Shown here: one piece after another, positions 37,751 to 50,455 of the stretch
Position numbering within the stretch: position 1 is the stretch's first letter
How the letters are laid out: the number at the start of each line of letters is the position of its first letter
Assembly: GCA_030704615.1 (NCBI GenBank)
Contig: CM060732.1
Span: forward strand, 53,568,001-53,632,000
DNA length: 64,000 nucleotides
Direction of reading: 5' to 3'
From: Takakia lepidozioides
Lineage: Eukaryota > Plantae > Bryophyta
Translations under genes and position numbers: made by a program
The notes under the pieces: model-generated
Told to the model about the DNA's origin: nothing
The model's input: only the letters and a program-made list of their open reading frames with translations
Database searches by the model: none

Positions 37751-39139
37751 CATAATGCAATATTATCAAACATAAAGAATTGCTACATTTTTTTTGCAGT
37801 AAGGGGGAAAACTTAAATACAAAAAGTTGGCTCAAGCTGTTGTGGTATGTTATTGTACTTATTCATATGAGAGCTTTATCATATCATTTCTTTGTTAGGC
37901 CTAGACAAGCTTTGAAGCTGTTTGATACATACATTTAATTGCTAAATTGCTCACAGACAACTCGCCGTGGAACATGGTGTCCAAGGTCATTTGGAGCTAG
38001 ATATTGATGTTGGAGTCCTCATTTTTTGCTAACGCTTTTATGGGTTTGGGTATGGACATTAATTTATTTTTATTTTTTTCCTCCGGGGGACACTTGCAAA
38101 TAAGTAACAGTGTAGGCTGCACGTAAAATATAGTCCCATACTAACTTTTATCTACTTTGAAATCGTGACAAATTTTTGTGTGTTCCATTTTCTTGGTATT
38201 CCATCTACATGGTTATTTGGTGATTTATCCTGAACTATCCATTTAGATATGTATGTACGTTGATATATACTTTGCAATAAGCCAAAGACTTTATCCAAAT
38301 GTTGCATTTGTAGTGTAACCTCATAACTCATTTGTTTGCCACCAAGATCTGAAAAAATCTTTCACAAAGGCCACTCCACAAGGGCCTGATCATGAGTTGG
38401 CACTCCCATCAAGGAAGGATCGAATGTGAGGTTTGCCCTTGTCTTTTGAGAAGTTTGCGAGGAGGAAGATACTACAGGTTTTATAAGCCTGACTCAGCAG
38501 TTGGAAGCCAAGCATAAGCATGATTAAAACGATTGTATAAATTGGAGAAACTCCAAACAGCCACTTTGCAGCCAACTTGAAACAGAAACTAGTCAAAAGG
38601 CAGTTGCAGAACAAACAACTATCATGTTTAATATTCCGAATTTGGCCAATATTACCAATTACAATCATGTTCTCACTAACAATCTCTTAGATACATTAGC
38701 CTCGATGACATTAGACATGAGAATTACAAATAGTGAGCCAGCGAAGACCGAATTGATATCACCAACATCAGAGATTCATGGGTCGACAATCGTATAACGA
38801 CGTGAGTACAACGCAGATTCATTCGACGAGATAGAGGTACAGGTCACAAACTGAAGATTGAGCAAGCGAGATCTCGATATTGTGGACATTTTCGCTCTAC
38901 AAAATTAATGGAAAAAAAAACAAATGTCCGCCTAGTTGTTGGGGCCACAAAATAAGAATTCCTCCAATAGCCTTTATATCATGAAAAATGCAACTATATG
39001 CTGCTCAAGCGGGTGTGATCATCGTTGCTCAAATGGAGTGTCGCTCGAAAGTCGATCAAGAACGTCTAATCATTGAGAGTCAACTAGTCACTCCTCTCCT
39101 GTGTGATTGACAACATTGTGAGATAGTATAATTGCACAA

Positions 39140-39600
39140 AATGACGTGACGTGACATAAACACGTCAGCGTCAAGTAAAAAATGACTTTATGATAAGTAA
39201 TTGTTTTTATTTTTTATTTTTACACCACTAAATCATCCGATACGACATATTGGTAGCCACATGGAATGCATACCTGAAAATATTTTTTATTTTATGACTT
39301 TTAATAAAATCAGGAATGTTTTTAATTTTTTTTTAAAAATAAAATCGAGCTTATCAGAATTGGTGGTCCCCGATCTAAATATACATATTTTCAATAGAAT
39401 TGGGACCATCATGCCTATGCTTTTGGTTGGACGTCTGAGGTTGGTTGGCAGGTCCGCTGAAGGTCCTGATTTTTTTAAAGAAATTAAAAACTATTTTGGA
39501 CCGCCATTATGACGGTATCGAATTATTTAAAAAATAGAAATAATTAGGACCGCCAGACCAAATCTTGTGGTTGGCTGGCGGTCTCAATTATTTTTTTAAA
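39140..39600. repeat. Second copy of the AT-rich GGGACCGCC/GGCGGTCCC repeat family
   Basis: Same motifs and lead-in sequence as 1240-3800. Confidence 0.6.
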
Positions 39601-42354
39601 ATAAAAATTATTTTGAACTACCATTGTGGCATAGGGACGGTAGAGAGGTAGTCTGTTGTTGGCGGACATGAACAATTCTTTTGGCAAGAGTGAGATAAGA
39701 TTATGGTCTTCTTCTAGGGTCAGTGTATTGATGTCCTGATAGAAGTCACAAGCACAGAGCATGGAGGAACAAATTGAAAGATGTTTATCATAAATAAGCC
39801 TTCAAGCATACTGCAGATTAGTTTGGCCATTGTTCCCCATTTACAGCTTGCTAGAGCTTGCTGGTGGTACAAAATCTTGTGATTTGTTACCATTTGCAAC
39901 ATTATGTACATAACTTTGAATTGAAAACCAAGCTTAAAAATTTCATCATTTGGTTTGTATTTCATTTTTTGTCTTTGGCGCTGAAAAAAATGTAACAACA
40001 ATCACTTCGGTTGCATGGCGTGTTTGCAGGTGGATCTCGAAATCAAGATAGACAAGTGTGCAACAAACAAATGTCCGGAATGCAGTCCAGATAAAGATTG
40101 TGGACTGATGTCAGTATCTTTTCAAGTGGTTCCAATTATAGAGAAGGACAACAAGGTGCACAAGTATGAAATCACTCCCCATGATTGTTTTGCTCATAGA
40201 TCTGAACCTGCAGTTCAAGTTCTCCAACTTGTCCAAAAAAAGGCAACATAAGGACATGGTACATACCTAGGTTAGGTGTAATGGAACTTCTAGTTAGATC
40301 ATTGCCTCATGAAAGTGAGCTTCTGTACTCGAAAAACAAGATAGAATCCCATAGAAAGTGCTGGAACAGGGTCAACAAAATCCAACCATGATAACAGGTC
40401 TCATTTTTCTGTTGTTTTAACTTTGATTTCTACTGTGCAGCCAAGAATGTTTATGCTTTCCAATTGAAACCGAAATTTGGAGTTTTACTCAAACTATCTT
40501 GAAATTAGTGATTCTTTTTTGAAGACTTAAAAATAAATAAAAATAAATCGGACTTGAAGTGTTGTTTGCATTATATCATCAACCAATTTTATGTATTACT
40601 TTAACGATCTTTTAGTGGACATCTTGAAAGATGAAATATCAAGGTAAATACATGTTTGTTGTTCAGTTTGATACTTATTACTAGACCTTGTCGTTTCATT
40701 TACCAATATGCTCTTTTAAATGTGTCTTCTCTTTTGAGGTTTTTGCAAATGCATGGTTATATACTACTCAAGGTTCGGCCTTGCGAAATTCTGGTTGAAG
40801 TAAGGGTTTGTATACGGTGTATTTTTTTTTTTCTTTGGAGGTGAACCACAAATAAAAGCTTAATGTTAAAATGATTCTTTTAGTATATAATATATTTTGG
40901 TTTACAAGTGATTATTTGGAGTGTATTGAATGTTTATAAATGTATAGATAGACCAGATAGTTCATCGTATTGGTGTAGTTGTACCCTATAAACGCACAAT
41001 GTCTTTGTATCCGCTAATGGGTTTTTTTTATCTTTTTGAAAACATATAACTTTTGTGACCGAGGTTTAAAAACATAAAACCCCCATGATAGTGGGTTGCG
41101 CTCACGCCGTGCTTACGTTAGCATGCTCATGTTGTGCTCACATGATACCAACCCCCCACCACCATGTAACAGTGAATTTTCGACAATTGTTTAAAATAAC
41201 CTATGTCTAAAATAACCACTATCTTAATCAACTGGTCCTATTCAATCTTTTTTTTTTGAGTGCTTATGTCAAAAATCACCAAACTTTGGTGAAATGGCTT
41301 GTTGTTAATTGCCCTTTTGTGTTGTTGTGATGATTACATGCGAGCTGAGATGGAAATGCCGCGACTTCGATAACTTATGGATGAACTGTACAAGAGAGGA
41401 ACGGTGGACGGGAACTCAAATTGGGAGAGTGGATGTCATATTGATATGAAGAGGTGTAGATATGAAGAAGTTTTTAATGGGTGTTAAGATATGAGAGACA
41501 TTTCAAAGAATGATCATATGGTGGACATGACACTGTCATGTTTTAATTTTAATTTTTTATTCCAGTTGTCATAAGGGTGGTAAGGTATAGATTCAATTTT
41601 GTGCATTTGGTTTTATTTTTCAAGGTGATGGCATAAATTAGACAATGCCTACCAAGTTCATGCTAAGAGGTAACCATCGATGATATCAACAACATGATGA
41701 TCACAATCTATAGACTATCTCCGAAGCTCCAGATTAATTTAATGTTGTCTCCATCAATCACTTTACCAATCCATTCAACAAGCGGCTAGTCGCGTATGGC
41801 CCCTCTTTGTGAATAGTGGAATATACTTTCATCCATAAATAACTTGAAAATCGTCCATTTATTTTTCATAAGTTGCTCAATATCAGAGATGTTACATGAG
41901 GGAGGTCTTACCTAGAGAGGCACATCATGGAGGTAGTTCGAGAGAAGGTGACACCTAAGGAAGGCACAAGAGGGGCTTAAACGATTTTTGACACTTATGC
42001 ATGGTTTCCTCTTTGGAATAAAAAGAGTAAATAAAAAAAATTATATTTCAAGGTTACTATGATTTCTACAATTCTCTTCATAAAATTGAAATTCTATTTT
42101 GCATGGTTCTCTGTCTTTAGAAATCTTTCACGCACATACGCTTTTGAAAGTTTTGAGGTGGATAGATGCATGAAGTGCACAACTGCATATCTAACATCTT
42201 GTCACCATCATTGAGAACATGTATTGTTGATTTGCTTATTTGAACATCAACGATAGGAAGTCGTCAATTATGATCCATTAGTACCAAAATGACCGCTACA
42301 AATCATACAAATATATGATATTAAATATTCAAAAATAGTACGATGCCTAAGGAG

Positions 42355-42478
42355 CGTGTATTATGACGTCTCTTGACCTTGCCTTCTGGCAGGAGGGTGG
42401 ACACATCTACGACACCAATCGATGAACTAAACCTACAACCACTTTCGAGATGGTATGTGCCCATTACCAGTGGGCTAT
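42355..42478 (-). mobile_element. SINE family A degenerate copy
   Basis: gatggtatgtgcccattacc and ttatgacgtctc match the reverse complement of the 7835 copy head and tail. Confidence 0.45.
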
Positions 42479-42723
42479 TTTAAACACAATTTCCATGCAT
42501 ATTAGTGGAGGAGGAGAGGGAAAAAGACTTTCGTCGAACTTAGCATGTATAACTTATGGTGTCAAAGGACATTGAATTTTTGCTTAAAAAATGGAGACCC
42601 TATGGTCATAACTTAAAAGGGGGGGGGGGACTTGGTTGTCCAAACCTCCCCCACATATTCGTACACATTAGATCGCTTTTTTAGTTTGGTTGGCTATAAT
42701 GCATCGTGTTTTGACCACTCGAC

Positions 42724-42950
42724 CAGTGTTGGTCTGGTATCAACATTTTTTGATACCAGGCTGGTCCTGGTATATAGGTGGCTCTCAAAATGATATACCA
42801 GGGGAACATTGGTACCAAGGATATTTTTCAAGTTACATACCAGTCTTGTATGGATATTGAGAAATGAGCAATCACTTATGCAATGGTATCAATACAAATT
42901 TGCTCAAGTAATACCAGCTGGTATATATACTGGATTGTGGTATCAACATA
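42724..42950. mobile_element. One-ended hAT MITE relative
   Basis: Starts CAGTGTTGG like the 7146 element, with repeated atacc/ggtat subterminal motifs. Confidence 0.45.
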
Positions 42951-43284
42951 AAACTTAAAAAAGACTTGATGAGTGTGTCATACATGAATAGCAGAACTGC
43001 ATATGGAAAATGATCTCATTGCCACCGACTGCAAACTGCATATCTAAATTATTGCAAATGAATGTTGCGTGCACATTTGCTCTCAAAGGCAATTTGGGCT
43101 TAAAATTTTTCATGCATGAGCAATTTGGTTTGAGACACCCCAAGTGGACCTGAGAACTGTCCCCTTGAGACTATCTTTAACACCAGATCCAACATAGACT
43201 GTGAAACATGAATAAGCAGCAATATTCACATACATATGGGGTTTGCTGCAAGAATTGAGCACCACCCAACAACAATGATGGTCG

Positions 43285-44115
43285 CCGATCTCTCCCGTCG
43301 AGGCTCCAACCATTGTCCCAGGAATGCCCACTTTGCCATTTTTGCTATTTTTTGTGAATTTGCAGCAACCAAAAGTACGTGGAATTCCATATCTCCCACA
43401 CCTTTGGTCCAAAAATCATGAGACCAAGCCTGTGCGTCCCTCCTCACCGCGTCCCTCCTCACCGAGGGCTTTCCGCGGTTTGGGAGATCTCAACGACAAA
43501 ACAAACGTCTCGCTTCATGTATTGACTAGGGTAACCTATGCCGTTGGCCTAAGTGTCCACTGTCATCTAAGTCTTGCAAGTGCAATCCCCTATGTATCAA
43601 AGTGTGTCTCCTATTTTGAGGCCCAAATGCAACCTCTAGGGTAGCCTTTGCCGTTGGCCCAAGTGTCCAATGTCATCTACGTCCAAATGCTGAAGCAAGC
43701 CATATTTAATCAATTTTTTTTTCCACAGAGCCTATGACCAGATTTGAACCAGAGACTTTTTCCTTGATATCTCTCCTGCCGAGGCTCCAACCACTGTCCC
43801 AAGAATTCCCAATTTTCTATTTCTTTTGTGAATTTTCAGCGACCAAAAGTACTTGAAATTCCAAATCTCCCACATGAAGGGCCAATCATTGCTTCAGGAA
43901 AGCCCACTTTGCCATTTTTCACGAATTTCCAGCGACCCAAAGTACTTGAAATTCCACATCTCCCTTACCGCTTGTCCAAAAATCATGAGACCAAGCCGGT
44001 GCACCCCTCCTCGTCGAGGGCTTTCCAACGGCACCAAGCACCCGCGCTGGGGCGCGGTTTAGGAGATCTCAACAACGCTACAAAACAAAACAAACGTCTC
44101 GCTTCATGTATTGAT
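43285..44115. repeat. Local direct duplication (about 240-340 bp units) with nested sub-repeats
   Basis: gaggctccaacca...aatcatgagaccaagcc...aaacgtctcgcttcatgtattga occurs at about 43300-43525 and 43780-44115. Confidence 0.8.
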
Positions 44116-44999
44116 TTAGCTAATTGACTATCCACAGTCACATAATATTGCATTCGGGCTACACTATCCCAATAAGTAAGTATGTACACTTTAAGTAAAA
44201 AAAAATTGCACTGATGTAACATAGGAATTTTTTGCTCAAATGCAGAGATGTTTTGTAATATTGTAAAGCAGCCTGGGATAGTGGCCTTGGAAACCTTTAT
44301 TCCGAATTTTTGAGGGTAAGAAATTAACCCTCTACCATTGGAGGCATTTTGCCTACGTGGCAGCGTTTAATTTGTCCTGGACAGGGCCTGTCACCCGCCG
44401 TAGCCCACCACAGCCAGCTCTACTACAGCACTTGGATGACTCGCAGACATCCTTAAGGATTATTGTCACAACAACCTCGGTTATGTCTGGTAGAGGGGGA
44501 GGCATGACCGGCTTCAAAGGGCATTGCCAAAGAAACTAAAATCTTTTCACCTTATTATGTATGACAATTGCTGTGATCCGTCACCGTCCATCGTGTGAAG
44601 GACGCCATAAGATCGGGGTCCGAGGTCGTCCAGAGTGCAGAGGTCCCCAAGGTCCACACAGAGCTCCCTAAGTGCGGATGGATACTTGTCACCCCAGGAC
44701 TCGTATCTCACAGATGAGCGGACGAAAAGGTAGTTATTCAATACTACCTATGGGAACAATTATGTGGCGTGGCCTACCAAACTCCAGTGCCACTGACTGT
44801 GGAGTCCGACTTTCAGGGACTTGTTATTATGGCGGCTCAGGAGAGCATCTATGTGGGCAAAGCCTAGGATTACAGGGTTTGACCCTTGTAAGGAGTGAAA
44901 ATAATGGTTGCTGTAATGATCACCATAACTAGAACCACCCCACTACTTCCCTGGAAGATCTTTCTTTGGAATGGATTGCCTCGAGTTGTTAGCAAGTTA

Positions 45000-45320
45000 T
45001 GTCACAGATGCCTCAGATTCTTCACTGCACCATTGCCCTTGTCCAAGTTTGAATGTAAGAGCTGAAAAGTTCTTTGTCCATATCTGAGAAGTAGAGGTGT
45101 TTGTTAGTTGATGGGAGAGAAGCGGCATGATGGCAGCATGGTGGTGGATGGCAAAAAAGGTCAGTGATGCACATGTTGCCTGGGAGAGGGATGCCAAGAC
45201 CTACAACGCATTAATAGGTGGACCCCACAGTGCCAATGAGGTTGCCTCAAGGGCGTTATGATTTAGACCCACTTTCAAAGCTCAAGCACTCTGCTCATTA
45301 CAGTCTTGCAAGGTGTACAA
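45000..45320 (+). pseudogene. Highly degenerate PPR fragment
   Basis: AKKV...ERDAKTYNALIGG and TLLITVLQ resemble PLS-class PPR motifs; multiple stops. Confidence 0.35.
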
Positions 45321-46128
45321 CGTTATGTAACATGACATGGTGAATCTGTGTGAACTTAGAGGAGGAAATCTGGGTGGTGTGGGCTATAAGGACGTATCTG
45401 GGCAAATAATGCAAATCCAGTTGCAAATATTAGAAATACTTTAGCGCGAGAGATGGCAGATTTATTGGAATGGAGCACCCCTTTGCTTTTGATCTATCTA
45501 GTACTGTATCGTCGCCAGGAGAAGAGATATTGTCACTATGCATGAGCAGGCTACAGCCCATCCTATCGCAAAGGCTGGGTCTTAAATGGGTGCTTTAATG
45601 CCTCACGCGGCACTGCTGTGCCTATTTACTGCAGGGCTCAGAATGCCAGTCAGCCGCCATTACTGCTCGTCGCTGTTCCCCGCCTTCATCTCTTTCCTTC
45701 ATCGTCATTTTGAACCTCTTACCTCCGGCCTCTCCTCTTCTCTTTCCTATCGTCCAGGTCCCTGTCATCCTCTCCCTCGATCACCCTCCTGGTGAGTGTC
45801 ATCCCATTCGTGCGTTCCTGCCCTCTTTACTCCCTCCCTTCTGTTTATCTAGAGTGACGCAGGCTTCGTTCGGAGTTTTATTTCTCTAGAGCTCTTGAAT
45901 ATCTCCTTCCAAGCTCTTTTTCCCGCCCTGTACTTTGGTCTCTGTGCGTGTTATAGGAGCTCTGGGACTGTGCGTCGACGGTATAACGCTCCTTCCTTTA
46001 TAAGTTTTGATTCGCATTTTGCCAAGCAGGAACATGCTCACTAAATTGAACTCGGTCCATGAAGACCTACTACATCTGGATTTCTATCTTTTTCATGGCA
46101 CTTGTGTGGTGGCAGATATTTGAAGAGA

Positions 46129-48641
46129 ATGGCCCGGCTGCAAGGATGCCTTGTGGGTCTGGGCTTGGTTTTCTCAGCCCTTCTTCTTGTAGCGGTGGAG
46201 GCAGGAAAGCCAACAGCAATGTTTGTCTTTGGAGACTCGCTGGTGGATGCAGGAAACAACAATCATCTCACAACATTGGCTGTTGCTGACTACAAGCCGT
46301 ACGGCATTGACACAGCAGACCACCAGCCCACTGGGCGATTTTGCAATGGAAAGATCATTCCTGATATGATGAGTGAGTGAGCCTGACCCAACTACAGGCT
46401 TTTACCGCTTGCTAAAGTTCGCCCGTCTCAATATTGAGCTGTACAGGGTGTCCTAATAGTGAGTGTTGTGATACCTGAGGCCTCACCTTCTATCAGTTCT
46501 GTGTTCGTATCAGTGATACCTCGCTCTTCATGTTTCTTCAATGCACAGAGGCTTCAGTTGTGATAAATCTTACAGCTAGTAGACTACTTAGCTGGGAATC
46601 CCCCTTATGACATTGTCCTGTTCCAAGGGTAGGCAGTATCTGCCCCGGTGGGTGACGTTCGTTTATCTCCCCAATGTTTTGCTTAGTGTAGAAAGGGGTT
46701 GTTACCGATCAATTTCAAAATCCGACGACATTCTGTCAGATTCAAGCACACTATCCTAACTTAAAACACGCAGGTGAGGTGATGGGCGTTCCTTACCCAC
46801 TGCCGGTGCTCGACCCAAATGCAAAAGGAGAAGCCCTGTTGAAAGGTGTCAACTTTGCGTCTGCCGGCGCTGGAATTCTTGACGACACTGGATCGATTTT
46901 CGTAAGTTTATACCTCAATCTCACAGCTTTGAATGTGAATATTTCCCGCTCATTCGTACGCTAGAAATTCGTGTCTTTTTTGCCCCTGTGTTTGCTCAAG
47001 GTTATCACATTGCCAAGTATCCAGAAGGGAGGGGAGATAGACACTTCCTTAGTGTAGTGGTTTTCCATGGATCGATAGAACATTGGAAAAACGAACAAGC
47101 CATTGGTTCAGTCTAAACACAACCCTCGATAGAATATTGTTAGTGAATGAATAGACCGTGGAAGCGTTTCGTCCTTGAAGTAGTGATTGCCTAATAGATC
47201 CAGTGATGATTTACTTCTGTTGTGCACTATCATTGAAGGTTGCTGCTACTAATACGCCAGGTCTCCAAGTCCTTTCCTGCTTTTTTGAGAACCCCATTTA
47301 GTTGAAGGATCGAAGGAAACGGACAGATGAATACTCAAAGTTGTGCTTACCATATTGTTGTGCTCCGCGTAAATGTGGAAACGTGCAGATCCAGCGCTTG
47401 ACCATCCCCCAGCAGTTCGAGTACTTTAGCAATGTCAAGGCATCAATTGCACAGCTAATTGGAACTCCAGCCATGAATCAGCTGATTGCTGATGCGATGT
47501 ACTCGTTCACAATAGGAGGTAACGACTACGTCAACAATTACCTTCTTGTTGGCTCAACCAGAGCTTCGCAGTACACTACGCAGCAGTACCAGGATCTCCT
47601 CATCTCAACGTTTCAAACTCAGTTGCAGGTTGGTGTTGATGTCCACTCACAAATCAACTTAGAGTTTCCTTTCAAGATCTGACTCTTGATGCTGTTCTGA
47701 CATCACCCCCAATTCATGAAATGGGGAGCGATGGCATTTGATGCCACTGCATGAAAATTTATCATAACCTTTACTTGGTTCTCAGGCACTGGTAGAGGGT
47801 AGCCTCATATGTTTTAGGATAAAAAACAGTTCAAAAAGCTTGGGCAGTTATCTGATCGATGATTTACATGTGACTGCAGACGGCATACCAGCTGGGTATG
47901 CGGAAAATCCAAGTATCCAATATTGGACCTATTGGATGTGCTCCTTCAGAACTGGCCACAAAGAGTTTAGATGGTAGTTGCGTCGACAGTGTACAGCAGT
48001 TGGCCAGGGGCTTCAACGCTGCACTAAAACCTATGCTTGAGCAATTGCAACCACAGCTTCCAGGGGCAACACTTGTCTATGTCAATGCCTTCGATGTGGT
48101 CTTGAATATCATCAACAACGCTGCATCATTTGGTATTTCTTTCTTCACCAAATGCCTTCTGTAAGAGTGAGAAATGTATTTCGAAATGTCTTGGGCATGG
48201 TTAACCAGGTCTTTTCTATACGTGGTTCAGTCTAGAATGTTTCCTTCCGCACATCTTGCGGTATGTTAATCTCTGTGTGCTCCTTTTTTGTTTTCCCTCT
48301 GTCCAATTTAGACTCAGATGTTGTCACATTTTATAACAGCTTCAATCCTACTACACATATGTACTTTACCAATCCAATGTCTATTTTGCTTCTCATTTAC
48401 AGTGTTTTCCTTTGCAACAGGTTTTACGGTAGTTGACACAGCATGCTGTGGTGCGGGACGATTTCAAGGAATCGTTGATTGTGAAACTTTCACAACCTAC
48501 TGCAGCAATAGGGACCAACACATTTTTTGGGATCCATTTCATCCCACTCAGAAGGTTAATGAACTGGCTAGTCAGAGGTTCCTTGATGGTGGTCTCGACG
48601 TGATCAGTCCTATGAATGTGAGGCAGCTGCTAGCGTTGTGA
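46129..48641 (+). CDS. GDSL (SGNH) esterase/lipase, 361 aa, secreted; exons 46129-46372, 46774-46901, 47389-47628, 47880-48132, 48421-48641
   Basis: Hydrophobic signal peptide; blocks FVFGDSLVDAGNN, GRFCNG, GVNFASAGAGIL, GGNDY and FWDPFHPT; canonical five-exon structure in phase; probable 5' UTR intron 45793-46115. Confidence 0.95.
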
Positions 48642-49873
48642 TGATTTCTTCTCAGCCCTTATATGCAACATTTTTTTAGTGTGGAAGTTTTTGATGAAAA
48701 TCAGAGTTCCCTGAGACTCAATAAAAGATAGAACTAAGGTTTTTCTCTTACTCACAAAGCTGATGGGTAATTCTGATTTCCACCTAGAAATTTGGCAGCT
48801 TTTGTACTGTCCCCTATGTAAATGTGTCCACAGTTGAAGGCAGAAAACAGATTAAACGAGCTCACTGCAAATCGCCTGTTCTCAGTGTCCGATCCATTCC
48901 TCCTCGAAGTGACGGTTTTAATAGACTTGAGCATTCAGCCCTTGTCTGTGAGTGTATCACCTTTCTTAGACTCCTACAAAGTAGCTGTTATAGGAACACG
49001 CTTATTTGTTCGCATTTTATATATCTTTTTATGTTAATGAAACTGAGTTTTCAGCTTGCTGAAATGGGAGGGTAGTGACTTTATAGGTTCCTTGTTCTTG
49101 AATTGCCGATGTGCCCTCACAGGCATCCTTGCAGTAGCCCATCTGACTGATACCCGTCGCTCCTTGTGCCAAGGGATCGTCTCAGGCTGCATGCAGCTAT
49201 CAGGTTCACTTAAGTTGGTCTTTTCTGTCTCGTCTCCAATGGCTTGCGAGGACATGGCGAAACATGTGGCAGTTGGGATTGTCGCATCCCAAATCTTGCT
49301 TAAGTTATACAGATCCGATTTCATGACAATTGAAGCTGCTAACCAACGTTGGCTGTACGAAAACAACTGCTAGTAGTCATGGAATAGTCATGTAACACTG
49401 TAAACGAAAGATAGCATCGAAGATAGTTCAAAACTGCAGGAAAGAAGTACCAAAGAACAGAGTAGGAAGATTTAAAGTCACCAGTAAACAATGTACGTTG
49501 GGCTGAAACGAAATGAAAAGATATTCTCCATCCTCCGCTGGAAACTGAAAGAGCTGAGAAAAGACTGGTTTCGGCAGATACAACTGCCGCACAGATCGGC
49601 AGAGCTTGAAGATCCGAGAAACTTGAAAGGGTGGTAAGCGAGGATGCCAGAAACAGGGGTTGGCTGCCTTCCTCCGGGGTTGCCGCTGCAAGATAGATCC
49701 TCTCTGCCATATGTATATATTCTTTTGCATGGAGGTAGTCTGTGGTTTACAAAATCTATCCCGAGGAGGGTGGAATCCGCGAGTTGGGAGTTGGATTTGC
49801 TTGTGCCCTTTCTTTAAGAATCAAACTAGAGGGGGTGGACCATGGATGATACGAGACTCTTTGATTTCGCTCA

Positions 49874-49990
49874 GCTTGCATCTCAGATGCAAGCATGAGA
49901 TGCAGCTACCCATCTTGGATGGGTTTGAATCATGCATGTGACCGCGGTTTAGTGGGGTCAAGCACAGCCTTCCATTTCCTTATCCAATCT
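49874..49990 (+). promoter_or_regulatory. PetM proximal promoter: 10-bp palindrome, I-box-like CTTATCC and CCAAT
   Basis: gcttgcatct-c-agatgcaagc at 49874-49894; ccttatccaat at about 49978-49988. Confidence 0.4.
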
Positions 49991-50077
49991 TGTCTCTCGT
50001 GCAATCAATCTTTGTGGGTTTGAGCTTCACTTGTGCAAAGTGTAAGAAGTTGTGGTGAAGCTCGTGCAACCTCGGAG

Positions 50078-50455
50078 ATGGCAGTCATGGCAGTGAGCTG
50101 CGCAGCAACGGCAGGAGCGGTGCCCCCGGCTTCAATCCATGCTCCAGTGGCGTCCTCATCGAAGAGGAACAGCCGGATGGGCGTGAGGAGGTTGAAAGGC
50201 TTCGGGGGACTGAAGCCCGAGACCGAAGTGACGGCTCTAGGCCAATCACAATGCACAGACAAAGCTTTTTCTACAATGAGGGCTCAGTGCTACGCTTGCT
50301 ACGGGGGTGCAAGGGGAGGTGCGGCAGCATCAACCTGCGATGTAGAGTCCGAAATCCTCACAATTGTTCCCATCATGAGCGGCTTGACGCTCCTCGGTGT
50401 TGCTATTGGCTTCGTTCTTCTGCGCGTGGAAGCTGCCGTTGAAGAATCCGAGTAG
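50078..50455 (+). CDS. petM: Cytochrome b6f complex subunit 7 (PetM) precursor, 125 aa, intronless
   Basis: Transit peptide with FGGLK and RGGAAASTC, followed by mature [34 protein letters not shown]. Confidence 0.95.
   Translation: MAVMAVSCAATAGAVPPASIHAPVASSSKRNSRMGVRRLKGFGGLKPETEVTALGQSQCTDKAFSTMRAQCYACYGGARGGAAASTCDVESEILTIVPIMSGLTLLGVAIGFVLLRVEAAVEESE

Noticed and set aside
49034-49941. Several 90-120 aa ORFs between the GDSL gene and PetM
   Set aside because: Overlapping on both strands with non-ATG starts, no motifs and no consistent splice model.
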